A stretch of DNA of 64,000 nucleotides from Mobula hypostoma (GCF_963921235.1 NC_086097.1:66280001-66344000), one strand, 5' to 3'. Positions 40,396 through 54,577 are shown, counted from the stretch's first letter. Notes: generated by a model from the letters alone, not told the origin. A program made the numbers and translations.

Positions 40396-41987
40396 ACAGC
40401 AGGACTATTTCTGTCCTTCCTTCAATTGCATTTGCTTTTCTTTCTGTACATTAGCTTCTATTCTGATAATAAAGTAGAGCATAAGTAACTGGTATATTGG
40501 AGAAATAACCCGTGAAGAATTCTATTTTCAATTCAAATTTTAAAAGAAAGTTATTATTAAGTTTACAACAATACAGATGGGCATCAGGTGGAACTGTAGA
40601 ATTGTTGTTTACTTTTAAATATTGCAGGGATGGGGTCGGTCATGTTATGTTACTGGATAAATGATGTAGAAAAGTGGATAAGTAAATTAGAGAATGTGAA
40701 TTTAAACCAAACTAGATCAGTTTGAAAAATTTAGGTCAATTAAAAAAAAAATTAAAAGCTGGCTAATGCAGTTGGTATGAAAGAAACAAGTGATTATTAC
40801 CTTGTCTGGCATATATATTATTCCAATCCCACACCAATTATAATTGGCTTTTAATTACCTTCTATAACAGCTGTACAGGATTACAGGAAATTCCAGTACA
40901 ACTTCAGTGCATCTGGTGATGTATGATACATGCCAGACTTGGCCAGATTCTGAGAAAGAATCAGAAAATTAAACATTATTCCTGATTTATGCTTGTTTTC
41001 TTGATTTTGATCCCTTTATCATAGACTGAACTCTCAAGACTGAGGTTCAAATTTCATATCAGAGCAATATTGTTTTATTCAAGCTGGCAACTTTTATTGA
41101 TTTGGCAACTGAATTATTAACAATCAGAGGATTAAAATTTGTTTCATTCCCTCTTTCTATTTGCCTGGATTATAAGCTTCTTCCTTATCTGGAAGTTCTG
41201 AAGACTCCAGACTAAGGTAAAAATGTGTGTAGTATGCTATAGAAGTTTAGTGCTTTCTGGCCCAGTCGTGAATAAATGGGAAATTGATGGAATTTGTCTC
41301 TGAAAATTGTTCTGAGGAAATTTCCACTTCAGGGCTGTGTAATTTATAATTACGCATGTATCATTTGACGCCTTTCACTGCATGTTTCAATATACAGTAC
41401 ATGTAACAAATAAAGCTTACCTTTATTTTATCATTTGTCATCACATTTCCCTTTCTATTTTAGTAGGGTTTTTACTATCTAGCTACTTAACCAGAGTGCT
41501 TCTTCAATGCAAATGTGGAACATCAACAAATTTCTTGTAAATAGCCAGCTGTTATCTCATTGATCACATTCATCATTGACAGAGTAATGAAAATGACAAG
41601 GCTGAAAACAATCTCCATCTATCTAACATAATTTTTTTTCTATTTTGCCGATGATATCTGGCCTCATTCTTTTTTTCCCAGTTTATTAGACCTTACATTT
41701 TTCTGTATTGAAAATAATTCACTTATTTTAAGCTAATTCTGTAAATATCTTTTACTTTTTTTTATTCCTCCATAGTAACAATTTTCTTCAAGTCATATGC
41801 TAATTTAGAATTTGTGTCCATATCGTTAACAAAATTTGAGTACTATGATTCCAAGACTAATTGTCATAAAATCCTATTTTTCATTTGCATGAAACAAATA
41901 CATTTCCACTTTCGTTCATCATGATATATAGTTGTTATGCTCTGGAATTGTACAATCATTTGGGATAAAATAGTTAAACCATTAATG

Positions 41988-44900
41988 CAGTGTTTCCCAA
42001 CCTTTTTTAGCCCAGCGCCCCCTTAAAGCACTTTCATACTTGACAACACCCTCTTCGGCTCAATATACTTTCTGATGCTCCCATAGTGTAAAAACATGTC
42101 TACCTATGCTAACATGAGAAAAGTGATTCTGCTTTAAATTTTTATTTGTCTGTAAACATAGCTTACACAGTACCTGTATGCTGCACAGCCACTTCGATAT
42201 CAATGTGATCCTTGGGCTTGATGGTTTTTACCAAGAGTTGAAATGCAGAGATGGCAGAGGACTGAATGCGTATTTTGCATCAGTGGAAGACATCTGCAGT
42301 ATACCGGACATTCAGGAGTGTCAGGGAAGTGAAGTATGTGCAGTAAAAATTACGACTGAGAAGGTGCTCAGGAAGCCTAATGGTCTGAGGGTTGATAAAT
42401 CTCCTGGACCTGATGGAATGCACCCTTGGGTTCTGAAGTAAGTAGCTAGAGAGATTGTGGAGGCATTAACAATGATCTTTTAAGAATCAGTAGATTCGGG
42501 CATTGTACCGGATCACTGGAAAATTGCAGATGTTACTCTGCTATTTAAGAAGAGTGGGAGGCAGCAGAAGGAAACTATAGACCTGTTAGCCTGACGTCAG
42601 TGGTTGGGAAGTTGTTGGAATTGATTGTTAGGGATGAGATTACGGAGTACCTGGAGGCACATGACAAGATAGGCCAAAGCTAGCATGGTGTCCTGAAAAG
42701 AAAATCCTGCCTGACTAACCTACTGCATTTCTTTGAGGAAGTTACAAGCAGGGTAGACAAAGGAGATGTGGTGGATGTGGTGTACTTGGACTTTCAGAAG
42801 GCCTTTGACAAGGTGCCGCACATGAGGCTGCTTAGCAAGGTAGGATCCCATGGAATTACAGGGGAGTTACTAGCATGGGTGGAGCATTGGCTGATTGGCA
42901 GAAAACAGAGAGTGGGAATAAAGAGATTCTATTCTGGCTGGTTGCCATTTACCAGTGGAGTTCTACAGGAGTCGGTGTTGGGACCGCTGCTTTTTACAAT
43001 GTATGTCAGTGATTTGGGCTATGGGATTAATGGATTTGTGGCTAAATTTGCCCATGATACAAAGATAGGTGGAGGAGCGGGTAGTGTTGAGGAAACAGAG
43101 AGCCTGCAGAGAGACTTAGATAGTTTAGGTGAATGGGCAAAGAAGTGGCAAATGAAATACAATGTTGAAAGTGTATGGTCATGCACTTTGGTGGAAGAAA
43201 TAAACAGGCAGATTGTTATTTAGATGGGGAGAGAATTCAAAATGCAGAGATGCAAAGGGACTTGGGAGTCCTTGCGTAGGATACCCTAAAGGTTAACCTC
43301 CAGGTTGAGTCAGTGATGAAGAAAGCGAATGCAATGTTGGCATTCATTTCTAGAGGCATAGAATATAAGAGCAGGGGTGTGATGTTGAGGCTCGATGAGG
43401 CGCTTGTGAGACCATACCTAGAGTATTGTGTGCAGTTTTGGGCTCCTTATTTTAGAAAGGATATACTGACATTGGAGAGGGTTCAGAGAAGATTCACGAG
43501 AATGATTCCAGGAATGAAAGAGTTACTGTATGAGGAGCGTCTGTCAGCTCTTGGACTGTATTCCCTGGAGTTCAGGAGAATGAGGGGAAATCTCATAGAA
43601 ACATTCTGAGTGTTAAAAGGCCTGAGCAGATTAGATATGGCAAAGTTATTTTCCATGGTAGGGGAGATCAGGACAGGAGGGCACGACTTCAGGATTGAAG
43701 GACATCCATTTAGAACAGAGATGTGGAGAAATTACTTTAGTCAGAGGGTGGTAAATCTGTGGAACTTGTTACCACGAGTGGCTATGGAGGCCAAGTCCTT
43801 GAGTGCATTTAAGGCAGAGGTAGGTAGGTAGATTAGTCAGGGCTTCAAAGGGTATAGGGAGAAGGCAGGGGAGTGGGGATGAATGGAAGAATTGGATCAG
43901 CCCATGATTGAATGGTTGAGCAGACTTGGTGCGCCGAATGGCCTACTACTGCTCCTATATCTTATGGTCTCGTGAAATATCTGGTTCAAGTTGTGACAGC
44001 AAAAGCCTTAAGTCCCCATGCGTAACAATGTCCAAGCAGTTTCTGATTTTTTTTTTGTGAGTATGTGGTTCACTGCACTGAAGCCTCGTTCTACAAGGTA
44101 GAAGGATGGAAATGCGATGAAGAGCAGTTTGGCTCTTCTCTAAAGACCAGCAAACTTCATATGAGAGTGTAGCTACATACCTCAAAAGCTGACATTTTTG
44201 AAAAGCATTTTTGCTTCATTCTGAATTTGGATAATCTCTTCTTGCAAGCTTTCTTCTTGTTCTTCCATCTTGCAAAGAAATGGGTTGATTACTCAGTCCA
44301 GAATTTCTATATGGTTCAAATCCTTGAATCAATTCTAAAAATTCTTCTTCAGTGACTGCAGGAGTAAGCATAACTGGCGAAATATTCTGCTATTTAATGG
44401 ATGAGTTTTAATTTTGTTTATAGCATTACAAGAGTAATATTGTATTACAAGAGTCACATTTGAAAAAAATCATTGACTATGAGATGTTGATGATGAATTA
44501 TACAATGGATTGCAAGCAGACCTGGAATTTCTTTTTTTCACATATACCACTAAACCAGCATGGTGACCTGTCATATATGGTGCTCCATCAATTCACCCTT
44601 TCACCAATTGTATTAGATTTTCCACACTTTGCTATCATTTTGGATATGTTAAGGAAGCAATGAGACCACTATCAAGGCCATTTTTAGCTTTCTTGACAAA
44701 TGACTCAAGTGTGCAATGTTTTTCAAATGCTTCTTTTATCTTCTGGAACTGAGTAATACCATAAGTAGCTTCTTCAAAATATCTTTTATGGAAATGTTCC
44801 TGCAATCTTGATGGTTTCATGGCTTCATTAGACAGTGCAGTATTGAAAATAAGACACATAGGGCATTGCTGATCTGACAGAAATGGAATAAAACCATACT

Positions 44901-45843
44901 CCAAGTATGTAACATTGTATTGACACATGCTCTGCAATTTCCGTTTCTTAGCCAGATTAGAATTCAAGGCTTCACTGCCTTCAGACTCAGAGAGATCGCA
45001 CCATAAGTATTTATCCATCATTAACATAGCTAAATTAAAATTTTAAAAAACACAAACTGGGAATGCCTATTGAATGTTGATGATGGCAGCGAGTTGACAT
45101 GGATAGAATGATGGTAGTGGCATGCAAAGGAATGGTGAGGCAAATATGAAGACAATCATAACAGCAAAAATTACTTTGACAGGATTCAGATTGGAATCTG
45201 AATGTTAGTCAGAACAGAGCTGGTGTTTGGCAAGCTACCTGTAAACTACTCCAGTTAGCATGATTGACTAATCACGTAAGGTCTTATAATCCCCAAAGAT
45301 GGTTCTTGATCACACATATGAAGCCAGGGTTGCTTTGAACACTTCAAGAGGAATCCGTGGGGGTCTGCAGGTTGACTGATTGGCTCTATTTCACCATTTG
45401 GTTCTGGTCAGTGCTGTATTGTTGCGCAACCTGTTTTCTGTAGATCTGTAGAGAAAGTTGAGAGGGTGTACTTGATTTCCCAACAGTTAAATTACATGAA
45501 CTCGTTCCATGCACGAGTCTCGGAAACTGTTGGGCACCCTGGTTGCTAATTTATGCATCCCCAATACTGTCTGTTTAGTTGGTAAGGTCGGATGAGATTG
45601 CTGAGATTGAGATGCATTGTGATGAGTGCTCACCCCCTGCAGAGCTATAATTCTTCCTGTGTTCCAGTGCCTCATCTTTTTCTTTTAAAGTATTTGCTCT
45701 ACTAACAATCGGTGAGACCTTGTGCCTCGTTAGGATTCTGCTTACTGCAACCCCTCCCCCCAAGAATCTTGAATGTCCTCAATGACTTCTATTTCTTCTT
45801 ATGGCCCCTTAGCACACATAAGCACCCCCATTGAGAATCACTA
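41988..45843 (-). mobile_element. hAT Buster/Charlie-like DNA transposon with a decayed, internally deleted transposase (about 42200-45027), split by CR1
   Basis: TIRs CAGTGTTTCCCAA and (reverse complement) TAGTGATTCTCAA. The N-terminus reads YLEYGF...PMCLI...LSNEAMKPSRLQEH, and the C-terminus GDLRLLLSQLEPDI|STLGKNHQAQGSH* is restored across the CR1 insertion. Confidence 0.85.
42245..43972 (+). mobile_element. 5'-truncated CR1 inserted into the hAT transposase
   Basis: RT ORFs 42768-43223 and 43313-43609, a CR1 tail, and a 6-bp TSD TGAAAT at 42239-42244 and 43973-43978. Confidence 0.92.
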
Positions 45844-45934
45844 CACTCAGGGAAGTAACTAATGCTATTGAGCCAAACAGATTGCTAGGTTCTATCCACA
45901 CCTGTACCATGATACACAGTGATGCAAATATGTA

Positions 45935-47135
45935 TACCACATAGCTCTACATACAATACTATCATCCCCTCAAAACTGATCAATAAGCTTCAAGACCTAG
46001 GCCTCAATGTTTCCTTGTGCAACTGGATCCTCAATTTCTTCAGTTTTGGACCTCAGTCAGTTTGGATTGGCAACAGCATCTCCCCAATCTCCATCAGCAC
46101 AGGTGTGTCAAAAGGCTGTGTGCTTAACTCCCTGCTCTGCTTGCTTTACATTTTGACTGTGAGGCTAAGTACAGTTCCAATGCCATATTTAAGTTTGCTG
46201 ATGAGATCACTGTTTGGGCCAAATTAATGGAGGAGATGAATCAGCATATAGGAGGGAGATTGAGAATCTTGCTGAATGACGTCACAACAACAAGCTCTCA
46301 TTCAGTGACAGCAAAACTAAAGAGCTGATTATCAACTACAGGTGGAAAAAACTGGAGGTCCATAAGTCAGTCCAGGAGATCAGAGGTGAAGAAAGTCAGT
46401 AATGTTAAAGTCCTTGGCGTTATCATTTCAGAGGATCAGTCCTGGGTCCAGCATGTAACTGCTATTACAAAGAAGGCATGGCAGCACCTCTACTTTCTTA
46501 GAGGTTTGCACAGATTTGGCCTGTCATCTAAGAATTTGACAAACTTCTGTAGATGTGCAATGGAGAGTATACTGACTGGTTGCTTCATAGCCTCATCTGG
46601 AAACACCAATGCCCTTGAATGGAAAAACTTCAATAAGTAGTGGATCACAGGGAAAGCCATTCCCACCATTGAGCACAGTTACGAGGAGGAAAGCAGCATC
46701 CATCATCAAGGACCTCCACCATCCAGGCCATGTGCTCTTCTCTCTACTCCCATCAGGAATAAGATACAGGAGTCTCAAGTCCTGCACCACAAGGTTAGGA
46801 ACAATTAATACCCCTCAATCATCAGGCTCTTGAACCAGAGGGGATAACTTCAATCACCCCAATATTGAACCGATTGCACAACCTATGAACTCACTTTTAA
46901 GGACTCTACAAGTGTGTTTTCAATATTTATTTATTTATTATGATTATTATTTATTTTTGTATTTGCCTTTTGAACACCGGTTGTTGGTCTGTTTCTGTCA
47001 TGTGTGCTTTTCATTGTTTCTATTCTGTTTCTTTCTACTTACTATGAGTGCCCACAAGAAAATGAATCTCAGGGTCGTGAATAGTGACATATTTGTATTT
47101 TTATAATACATTTACTTAAAACTTTTTGAACTTTT
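45935..47135 (+). mobile_element. Degraded Rex1/Babar LINE
   Basis: NTIIPSKLI..LCNWILNF, KKAWQHLYFLR and LFSLLPSGIRYRS motifs. Confidence 0.85.
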
Positions 47136-48014
47136 ATTGGTACAATGTTGCACTTACCATAACTATAAGTTTTGGTTATTGGAGTAAATTTGTTTTCTTT
47201 TTGAAATTTTGCTATTACCATAACCAGTTAATCTAATGGCAACACAATAATACTTTTGCCTTCATTTTAAGATGAATATGGCAAAATACTTAATAAACCA
47301 AACTGCATACAACTAACAATTTCCGAATAGTAATTAAATATTTAAAAATGATTGACTTTTGCTGAATTGGAGTGATTTATAACTGTCTGAACATGTGAAG
47401 ACTTGAAGGCAAGGTGATGGTGTGTCAGGTAAATCTGCAAAAATCAATGGACTGTGGGTGACATTCGTTGCCAAAATCTGAAATGCAATAAACCTGAACA
47501 ATTATAGATTTCAGAAAGTTTTAAAGCCCCTTGGGCTTGTATCATGACATTGAAAAATATTTAAAGTGTCTTTAAACCTAGATATATTATCATTATTTTA
47601 CTAACAGAAAATCAATATGCAGTATGATTACTATAATCTAAACTCCCTTCTATTCACTTAATTTAACCCTTTATTTTGAATATGGAAAATAATGATCTAG
47701 ATAAAAATGGATTAAATATAGATCTTTCTTGTTTAAACTTGAAATCAGCCAAAGCTTAAATGGGCTTGGTTGTCACTGGTACTACAATAAATTATGTGGG
47801 TATTGCTAATAATTATTTCAGTCAGCAAGCATTTGCTGATTCATCATCTCATCACTTTCAGATTTATTTTCACTATAAGAAGAGGGAGATAACTGTCTTC
47901 ATTTTTATTCATTGATGGGAAATAGTTATTACTGGCATAGCTGTCATTTAATGCTTATCCCTGGAAGCTCTGGGAAAAGTGGGCCATTTTACCTTTAGTT
48001 TGACAGCAAGAGAC

Positions 48015-49370
48015 TATAAAACATAGGAGCAGAATTAGGCTATTCAGCCTATTGAGTCTGCCGTGCCATTTCATCATGGCTGATTTATAATCCCTCTCAA
48101 CTCCATTCCTCTGCCTTTTCTCTGTAACCTTTGAATGCATCAGTCTCTGCTTTAAATATACTCAATGACTTGGTCTCTGCAGCTGTCTGTGGCATAAAAT
48201 GTCCACAGATTCACCACCCCCTGTCTGAGAAATTCCTCCTCATCACTGTTCTAAATGGACATCCCTCTATTCTGAGACTGTGCTGTCAGGTCCTAGACTC
48301 ACCCACTATAAGAAATATCCCCTGTTCATCCACGCTATCTAGGCCTTTCAATATTCGATACGTTTTAATGAGATCCACCCCCTCAGAATAATAAACTCCA
48401 CTGAGTACAGGCCTGGAGCCATCAAACACTTCTCATATGTTAGCCATTTCATTCCCAGAATCATTCTCATGTATCTCCTCTGGACAATCTCCAATGCCAG
48501 CACATCTTTTCTTAGATAAGGGGCTCAAAACTGCTCACAATAGTTGAAGTCCGATCTGATCAAAGCTTCAGCATTGTATCCTTGCTTTTATATTTCAGTC
48601 CTCTCAAAATGAATGCGAACATTGCCTTTCTTTCCACCAATTCAACCTACAAGTTGACCTGCAGGGAATCTTGCACAAGGACGCTCAAGTCTCTTTGTAC
48701 CTCTGATTTTTCTCTCTGTTCTTCCCCATTTAGAAAATAGTCTAAGCCTTTATTCCTTCCACCAAGTTTCATGTCCATACACTTCCCTTCACTATATTCC
48801 ATCTGCCACTTCTTTGTTCATTCTCCCAATCTGTCTAAATACTTCTGCAGACTCCCTCCTTCCTCAACACTGCCTTCCTCTCCACTATCTTCATATCATC
48901 TACAAACTTGGCCACAAAGGCATCAATTTTGTCATCTAAATCATTGACCTATAATGTGAAAAGAAGCAGTTCCAATACCAGTCCCTGCAGAACACCACTT
49001 GTCACAAGCAGCCAACCAGTAAAAGCCCCCTTAATGCCGCCTACTAATTCGCCAAACTTCCATTCATATTAGTATCTTTTCTGTAATAGCATGGGCTCTT
49101 ATCCTGTTAAGCAGCTTTATGTGTGACACCTTGTCAAAGACATCCACTGACTCTCTTTTGTCTATCCTGCCTTTTATTTCCTTAAAGAATTCCAACAGAG
49201 TTGTCAGGCAATATTTCTCCTTTATAAGACTATGCTGACTGACCCATTTGATCATGTGCCTTCAAATATCCCAAAACCTCCAACCAACGGATTCTAGTGT
49301 CTTCCCAATTACTAAAGTCAGGCTAACTTGCCTATAATTTTCTTTCTTCTGCCTCTCTCCCTTCTTACAA
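48015..49370 (-). mobile_element. Degraded CR1 LINE
   Basis: CLTTLLEFF...FDKVSH (ORF 49064-49255), with a CR1 3' end near 48015. Confidence 0.85.
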
Positions 49371-49744
49371 TTGAATAGCTTATGCATAGTTTTTGGAATC
49401 AACAAGTTTGGTGTAGGAGTCTTTTTATTATTTTTGACCATACATGAGTATCATTAGTACCTTTGGAACTTATGAAATGGTACTGAGTTGAGTAATTCTA
49501 CGATTTTGATTACGTGGCAAGGAATGGTGGTATTTTTTTCTTGAAGTTGAACTTGTAGGAGGTAGCACTTAAATACATTTGATGAATTGTCCTTCTTGCT
49601 GGAAGTGCCTGCAAATTTTACATCAATGTAGTAGTCTCCATTTGGTGAAACTTATTAAAATTGGAGTATTGCAGTATAGTTATTCCTTGGGAGAGGACTG
49701 GAATGAGACCTTGTTGAGTTAGTAGGCACGGCATAATTACATAC

Positions 49745-50265
49745 TGTCACAAACAAGGGAAAATCTGCAGATGCTGGAAATCCAAGCAACACACATAAAA
49801 TGCTGGAAGAACTCAGCAGGCCAGGCAGTATCAATGGAAAAAAGTATAGTCGACATTTTGGGCTGAGACCCTTTTGGCGGACTGGAGAGAAAAAGATGAG
49901 GTGTATATTTAAAAGGTGGGGGGAGGTGAGAGAGAAGCATGAGGTGATAAGTGAAACCAGGAGGAGGAGAGATGAAGTAAGGAGCTGGAAAGTTGATTGG
50001 TGAAAGAGATACAGAGCTGGAAAGGTTGGAGTCTGATAAGAGAGGACAAAAGGCCATGGAAAAAAGAAAAGCGAGGAGCACCAAAGGGAGGCAATGGGCA
50101 GGCAAGGAGATAAGATGAGAGAGGGAAAAGGAGTTGAGGAATGGTGAAGGGGGGAAGGGCATTACCAGGAGTTTGAGAAATCGATTTCATGCCATCAGGT
50201 TGGAGGCTACCCTGACAGAATATAGGGTGTTGTTCCTCCAACCTTTGTATGGCCTCATCACAACC
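49745..50265 (-). mobile_element. Penelope-like element 3' fragment with pLTR
   Basis: RLEEQHPIFCQGSLQPDGM (ORF 49909-50268) and the same terminus as the other Penelope copies. Confidence 0.85.
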
Positions 50266-50847
50266 CACCCATAGGCTTGTAATAAATTGGGGAATAGTGG
50301 GATGAGGAAATGGCAGAAAAATAAAGATACTATGCTTGTCTTAATGCATGAAAATACTGAAATCCTCCTGGAATTAGTGGAGGTTCAGAGAAAATTAGGA
50401 GCTCCAATTGTGACTGTAATCAAAGTCACCAGAGAGACACTGAAACTGGTGATATAGAAGTTTTTATTTGTCACAGCAAGCAGGCACCATTCTGAAGACA
50501 TTCTCAGTAGAGGCTCACAAACTCAAAGTACGTCACAGTTTTATACCCTTAAGATCAATGGTCACAGTAGGTGATTCAATACAGTTTTAATAGTTTCAAT
50601 GACATTGTTTATTTCAATGCTTTGGGTTGACAGTGCTTCCTTTAAATTGCACATCTGCAGTGGGAGACACTTCTGAATGTTCAAGTACTTTTTCTAATTG
50701 TAAGCTTCCCTGAAATTATGTACAATGGTGTAAAGTACTTAAGCCCATATTTGCCTGGATTATGCAGGACAATTAACACAACTCTGTTGTCTGATGCATA
50801 TATAAATGTCTCGTGCACCATTTTGCAAACCATATCTTTTCGTTTGT

Positions 50848-51066
50848 GGTAAACAACAGGAATTCTGCAGATGCTGGAAATTCAAGCAACATACATCAAA
50901 GTTGCTGGTGAACGCAGCAGGCCAGGCAGCATCTATAGGAAGAGGTACAGTCGACGTTTCAGGCCGAGACCCTTGACGAAGGGTCTCGGCCTGAAACGTC
51001 GACTGTACCTCTTACTATAGATGCTGCCTGGCCTGCTGCGTTCACCAGCAACTTTGATGTATGTTG
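50848..51066. mobile_element. Young Penelope pLTR inverted-repeat insertion (91-bp arms) with 12-bp TSD
   Basis: Arms 50884-50974 and 50979-51069 have one mismatch and a 4-nt loop. TSD CTTTTCGTTTGT lies at 50836-50847 and 51067-51078. Confidence 0.92.
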
Positions 51067-51488
51067 CTTTTCGTTTGTAGGCTAGTTTAACTTCAATTTA
51101 CTGCTTGCAATTTACAATAAGAACTGAAGAATATTTCTTCTTGAATTATTACCTGCTCTATTCACATAACTCCAGAATACTCCCTAACTTACCCTCCTCT
51201 TGGCTCCTAGACAGAACTCTATGCCAGGAAGGCCAAACATTAAGGAGGACCTAATTAAGTAAAGCACCAAAACTACCCTTCTTTTGGGATCCCTTCCTCA
51301 ATTACTAATCTATCATGTTGTTGTGTACCAACATCAACACTATCTAACATCCCTAATAGGCTATATTCTCTTTGCCCCATCAGTATCTTGATAGGTAAAA
51401 CTCAGAAGTGGCTGTCAGTAGTTACTCTGTGCAGGGACACCAGTGGTAACTGAATCAGGTTCACAGGCAATAGTTCGCATTCCATGCC

Positions 51489-53170
51489 AGAATCAGAATC
51501 AGGTTTAATATCACTGGCAACACACACAAAATGCTGGAAGAACTCTGCAGGCCAGGCAGCATCTATGGAAAAAAAGTACAGTTGACGTTTCGGGTTGAAA
51601 CCTTTAGGCAGAATATCAGCGACATATGTCATGAAATTTGATGTCTTTGCGGCAGTAGTACAATGCAATACATAATAGAAAAAAAAATTTGTGAATTACA
51701 GTAAATATATATATATAGTTAAATAAGTAGTTCAAAAATAGAAATAAAAAATAGTGAGGTAATGTACATAGGTTCAATGTCGATTCAGAATTTGGATGGC
51801 AGAAGGGAAGAAGCTGTGGGCCTTCAGACTTCTGTACTTGCTTCTTGGTGGTAGCAATGAGAACAACGCATGATCTGGGTGATGGCGTTCCTTGATGATG
51901 GACACCACCTTTTTGAGGCATCACTCCTTGAAGATATCCTGGATTCTGCAGAGGCTAGTCCCCATGATGGAGCTGACTAAGTTTACAACTCTCTGCAGCT
52001 TATTTTGACCCCCCCATACCATATGGTGATGCAGCTAGTTAGAATGCTCTCCATGGTACATCTAGAGAAATTTGCAAGTGTCTATGATGACATACCAAAT
52101 CTCCTCAGACTCCTAATGAAATATAGCTGCTGTCATTTCTTTTTTGTGGCTGCATTGATATGTTGAGTTCAGGTTAGATCCTCAGAGATATTGACACCCA
52201 ACAACGTGAAACTGCTCACTCTTTCCACTTTTATTCTCTTCATGAGGACTGATGTGTGTTCCCTCATCTTACCCTATCTGAAGTCCACAATCAGTTCTTT
52301 GGTTTTACTGACGTTAAGTGCAAAGTTGTGGCTGCAACACCTCTCAACTAGCTGATATATCTTGCTTCTGAAAGCCTTCTTGTCACCATCTGAAATTCTG
52401 CCAACAATAATTGTGTCATCAGCAAATTTATAGATGGCATTTGAGCTGTGCCTAGCCACACATTCATGGGTGTAGAGAGAGTAGAGCAGTAAGCTAAGCA
52501 CACACCCCTGAGGTGTGCTAGTGTTGATTGTCAATGATGTGGAGATGTTATTTCTGATCTGCACAGATTGTGGTCTTCCAGTTAGGAAATCGAGAATCCA
52601 ATTGCAGCTGGAGGTACAGAGTTCCAGGTTGTGGAGCTTTTTGATTAGAACTATAGGAATGATTGTGTTAAATGTTGAGCTGTAGTCAATAAACAGCATC
52701 CTGACATAAGTATTTGTATTGTCCAGATGATCCAAGGCTGCGTGAAGAGCTGATGAGATTGCATCTGCTGTAGACCTATTGTGACAATAGGCAAATCACA
52801 TTTGGTCCAGGTCTTTGCTGAGACAGGAGTTAATTCTAGCCATAACCAATCTCTCAAAGCATTTTATCACCATAGATGAGAGTGCTATTGGGTGATAGTT
52901 GTTAAGAAAGCTCACCCTGCTCTTCTTGGGGACTGGTATTATTGTTGCCCTTTTGAAGTAGGTGGGAACTTACGACTGTAGCAAGGATAGATTGAAAATG
53001 TCTTTGAATACACCCACCAGTTGGTTGACACTGGTTTTCAGAGCCTGACCAGGTATTCCATTGGGGCCTGTCGCCTTGCTTGGGTTCACTGTCTTGAAAG
53101 GCAGCCTGATGTTGACCTCTGAGACAGAGATCACTGGGTGACTGGGTGCTGCAGGGATCTTCATAGCCAT
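51489..53170 (-). mobile_element. Degraded Rex1/Babar LINE (with a Penelope pLTR piece at about 51518-51610) inserted in the ERV
   Basis: ORF 52274-52735 ([19 protein letters not shown]), ORF 52970-53170 and a (CAGAAT)n tail. Confidence 0.9.
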
Positions 53171-54577
53171 GACGGAAGGTTATCAGAATAATCTGACAAG
53201 TCTCTCAGTCCCTTTGATTGATGTTTAGGATGGTTTGTGGTGGTCTCTGTTTGAATGGCTGCAAGGACCTCACCCTGGTAGTCCACCCTCCTGAAATGTC
53301 CTTTTGATAGCCTGCCTGACCACTGAAAGTGCCCAGCTCATTTGTGTTCACTCCCATTCTAGGCTGAGTGGCTGCCTTGAGATGCTGTGCGCAATTCTTC
53401 TCTCTCTCAGTCTGCCTTGCTATCAAAGTTGTGGATCTTGATGTTTCTGCCATAACTTGGATCCTTTCCCATCTATTTTCCCTATTCTTATCTATATAAT
53501 TAATCATCTACCTCCCAGAACCAGCCTTCATTACAAAGTACAGATACGATTATCCTTTAAAACTTTATTCACAGCTTGCTGACACTGTTTGTGTCTTCTG
53601 CATTTGTATGTCTGTTCTTTTTTATCTGTGGGTCTGCTTCCATCAGATGTGCTCAGATGTGATGCAGTAAGCTATTGTTCATCATTTAGATTCTTTGTAA
53701 TGACACTGTTAATGGATGGACTTGATCCTTGTTCTGTCTGTGAGGGAAACAAGACTGTGTCCACTGGCTGCCTCGCTCAGTCTGTACGCAGACAGAGTTG
53801 TCATTTGTCAGAAGCATCACCTGTGTTACTATCCACTGGGAGTGAACCTACCTTTTCAGGCAGCTCTCTTACCATGACTTGGTCACCTGGCTGTACGAGG
53901 ACTATCTTACCTTCCTCAGGCTCTCTTTGAACAGCAATATCTTGCTGCTTTTGCTTGATCCCTCAACATGTTAACCCAATTACAATGGTCCTTTACATTT
54001 CCATATAATCTGACTAAATTGGCTCCGGTAGCTTTTTCCTGTACACTTTCAATTTCTGTTGACTTTTTCCTCTATTGCTCTCTTTGCTCCATAATCTGCA
54101 CTTCTATTTCCTTTCTGCATCTTTCTCTCCCCTTTCTGGTAAGCCTTTAATTGCTGCTGTCTCTGCAGGCAGCTCTACTGCTTCTAACACTTCTTGCTTG
54201 TGTTTGTCCCCTACCCTTGGGACTTCCTGACATAATTCACACACATTGTCATGTATCTTGCCCCTACTTGAGGTTGCTGCTCTGTGAATCATACATGTTT
54301 GCTGTCTCTGTCTTGCCCATGTTATTTCTCCCTTTCCTGTAAGAATGATTAGCTTCTGCCTTACTTAGAGTGTCTATCCCCAGACCTCATTGTTGGGCAC
54401 ACCCAAAGTTTTGCAGGAAGCTGCACTCCCTCAATCTCAAGTACATGAGGCTCATTTCTCCTTGCTCTCATTGTTTCATCCCCCGCACTGGTAATGTAAA
54501 TTACCTCTCCAGTTTGGGCAAGGGTAGATCAGATATCAATACTGATGGCCCTGTATCCACTAACATTTCACATTGTT

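Noticed and set aside
41177..41216. Small exon ending AG|gtaaaa
   Set aside because: The only open frame needs a phase-1 upstream donor, which no supported exon provides.
44635..45027. Domesticated ZBED/Buster-type host gene
   Set aside because: Flanked by TIRs, internally deleted, frameshifted and interrupted by CR1, so it is a transposon fossil.
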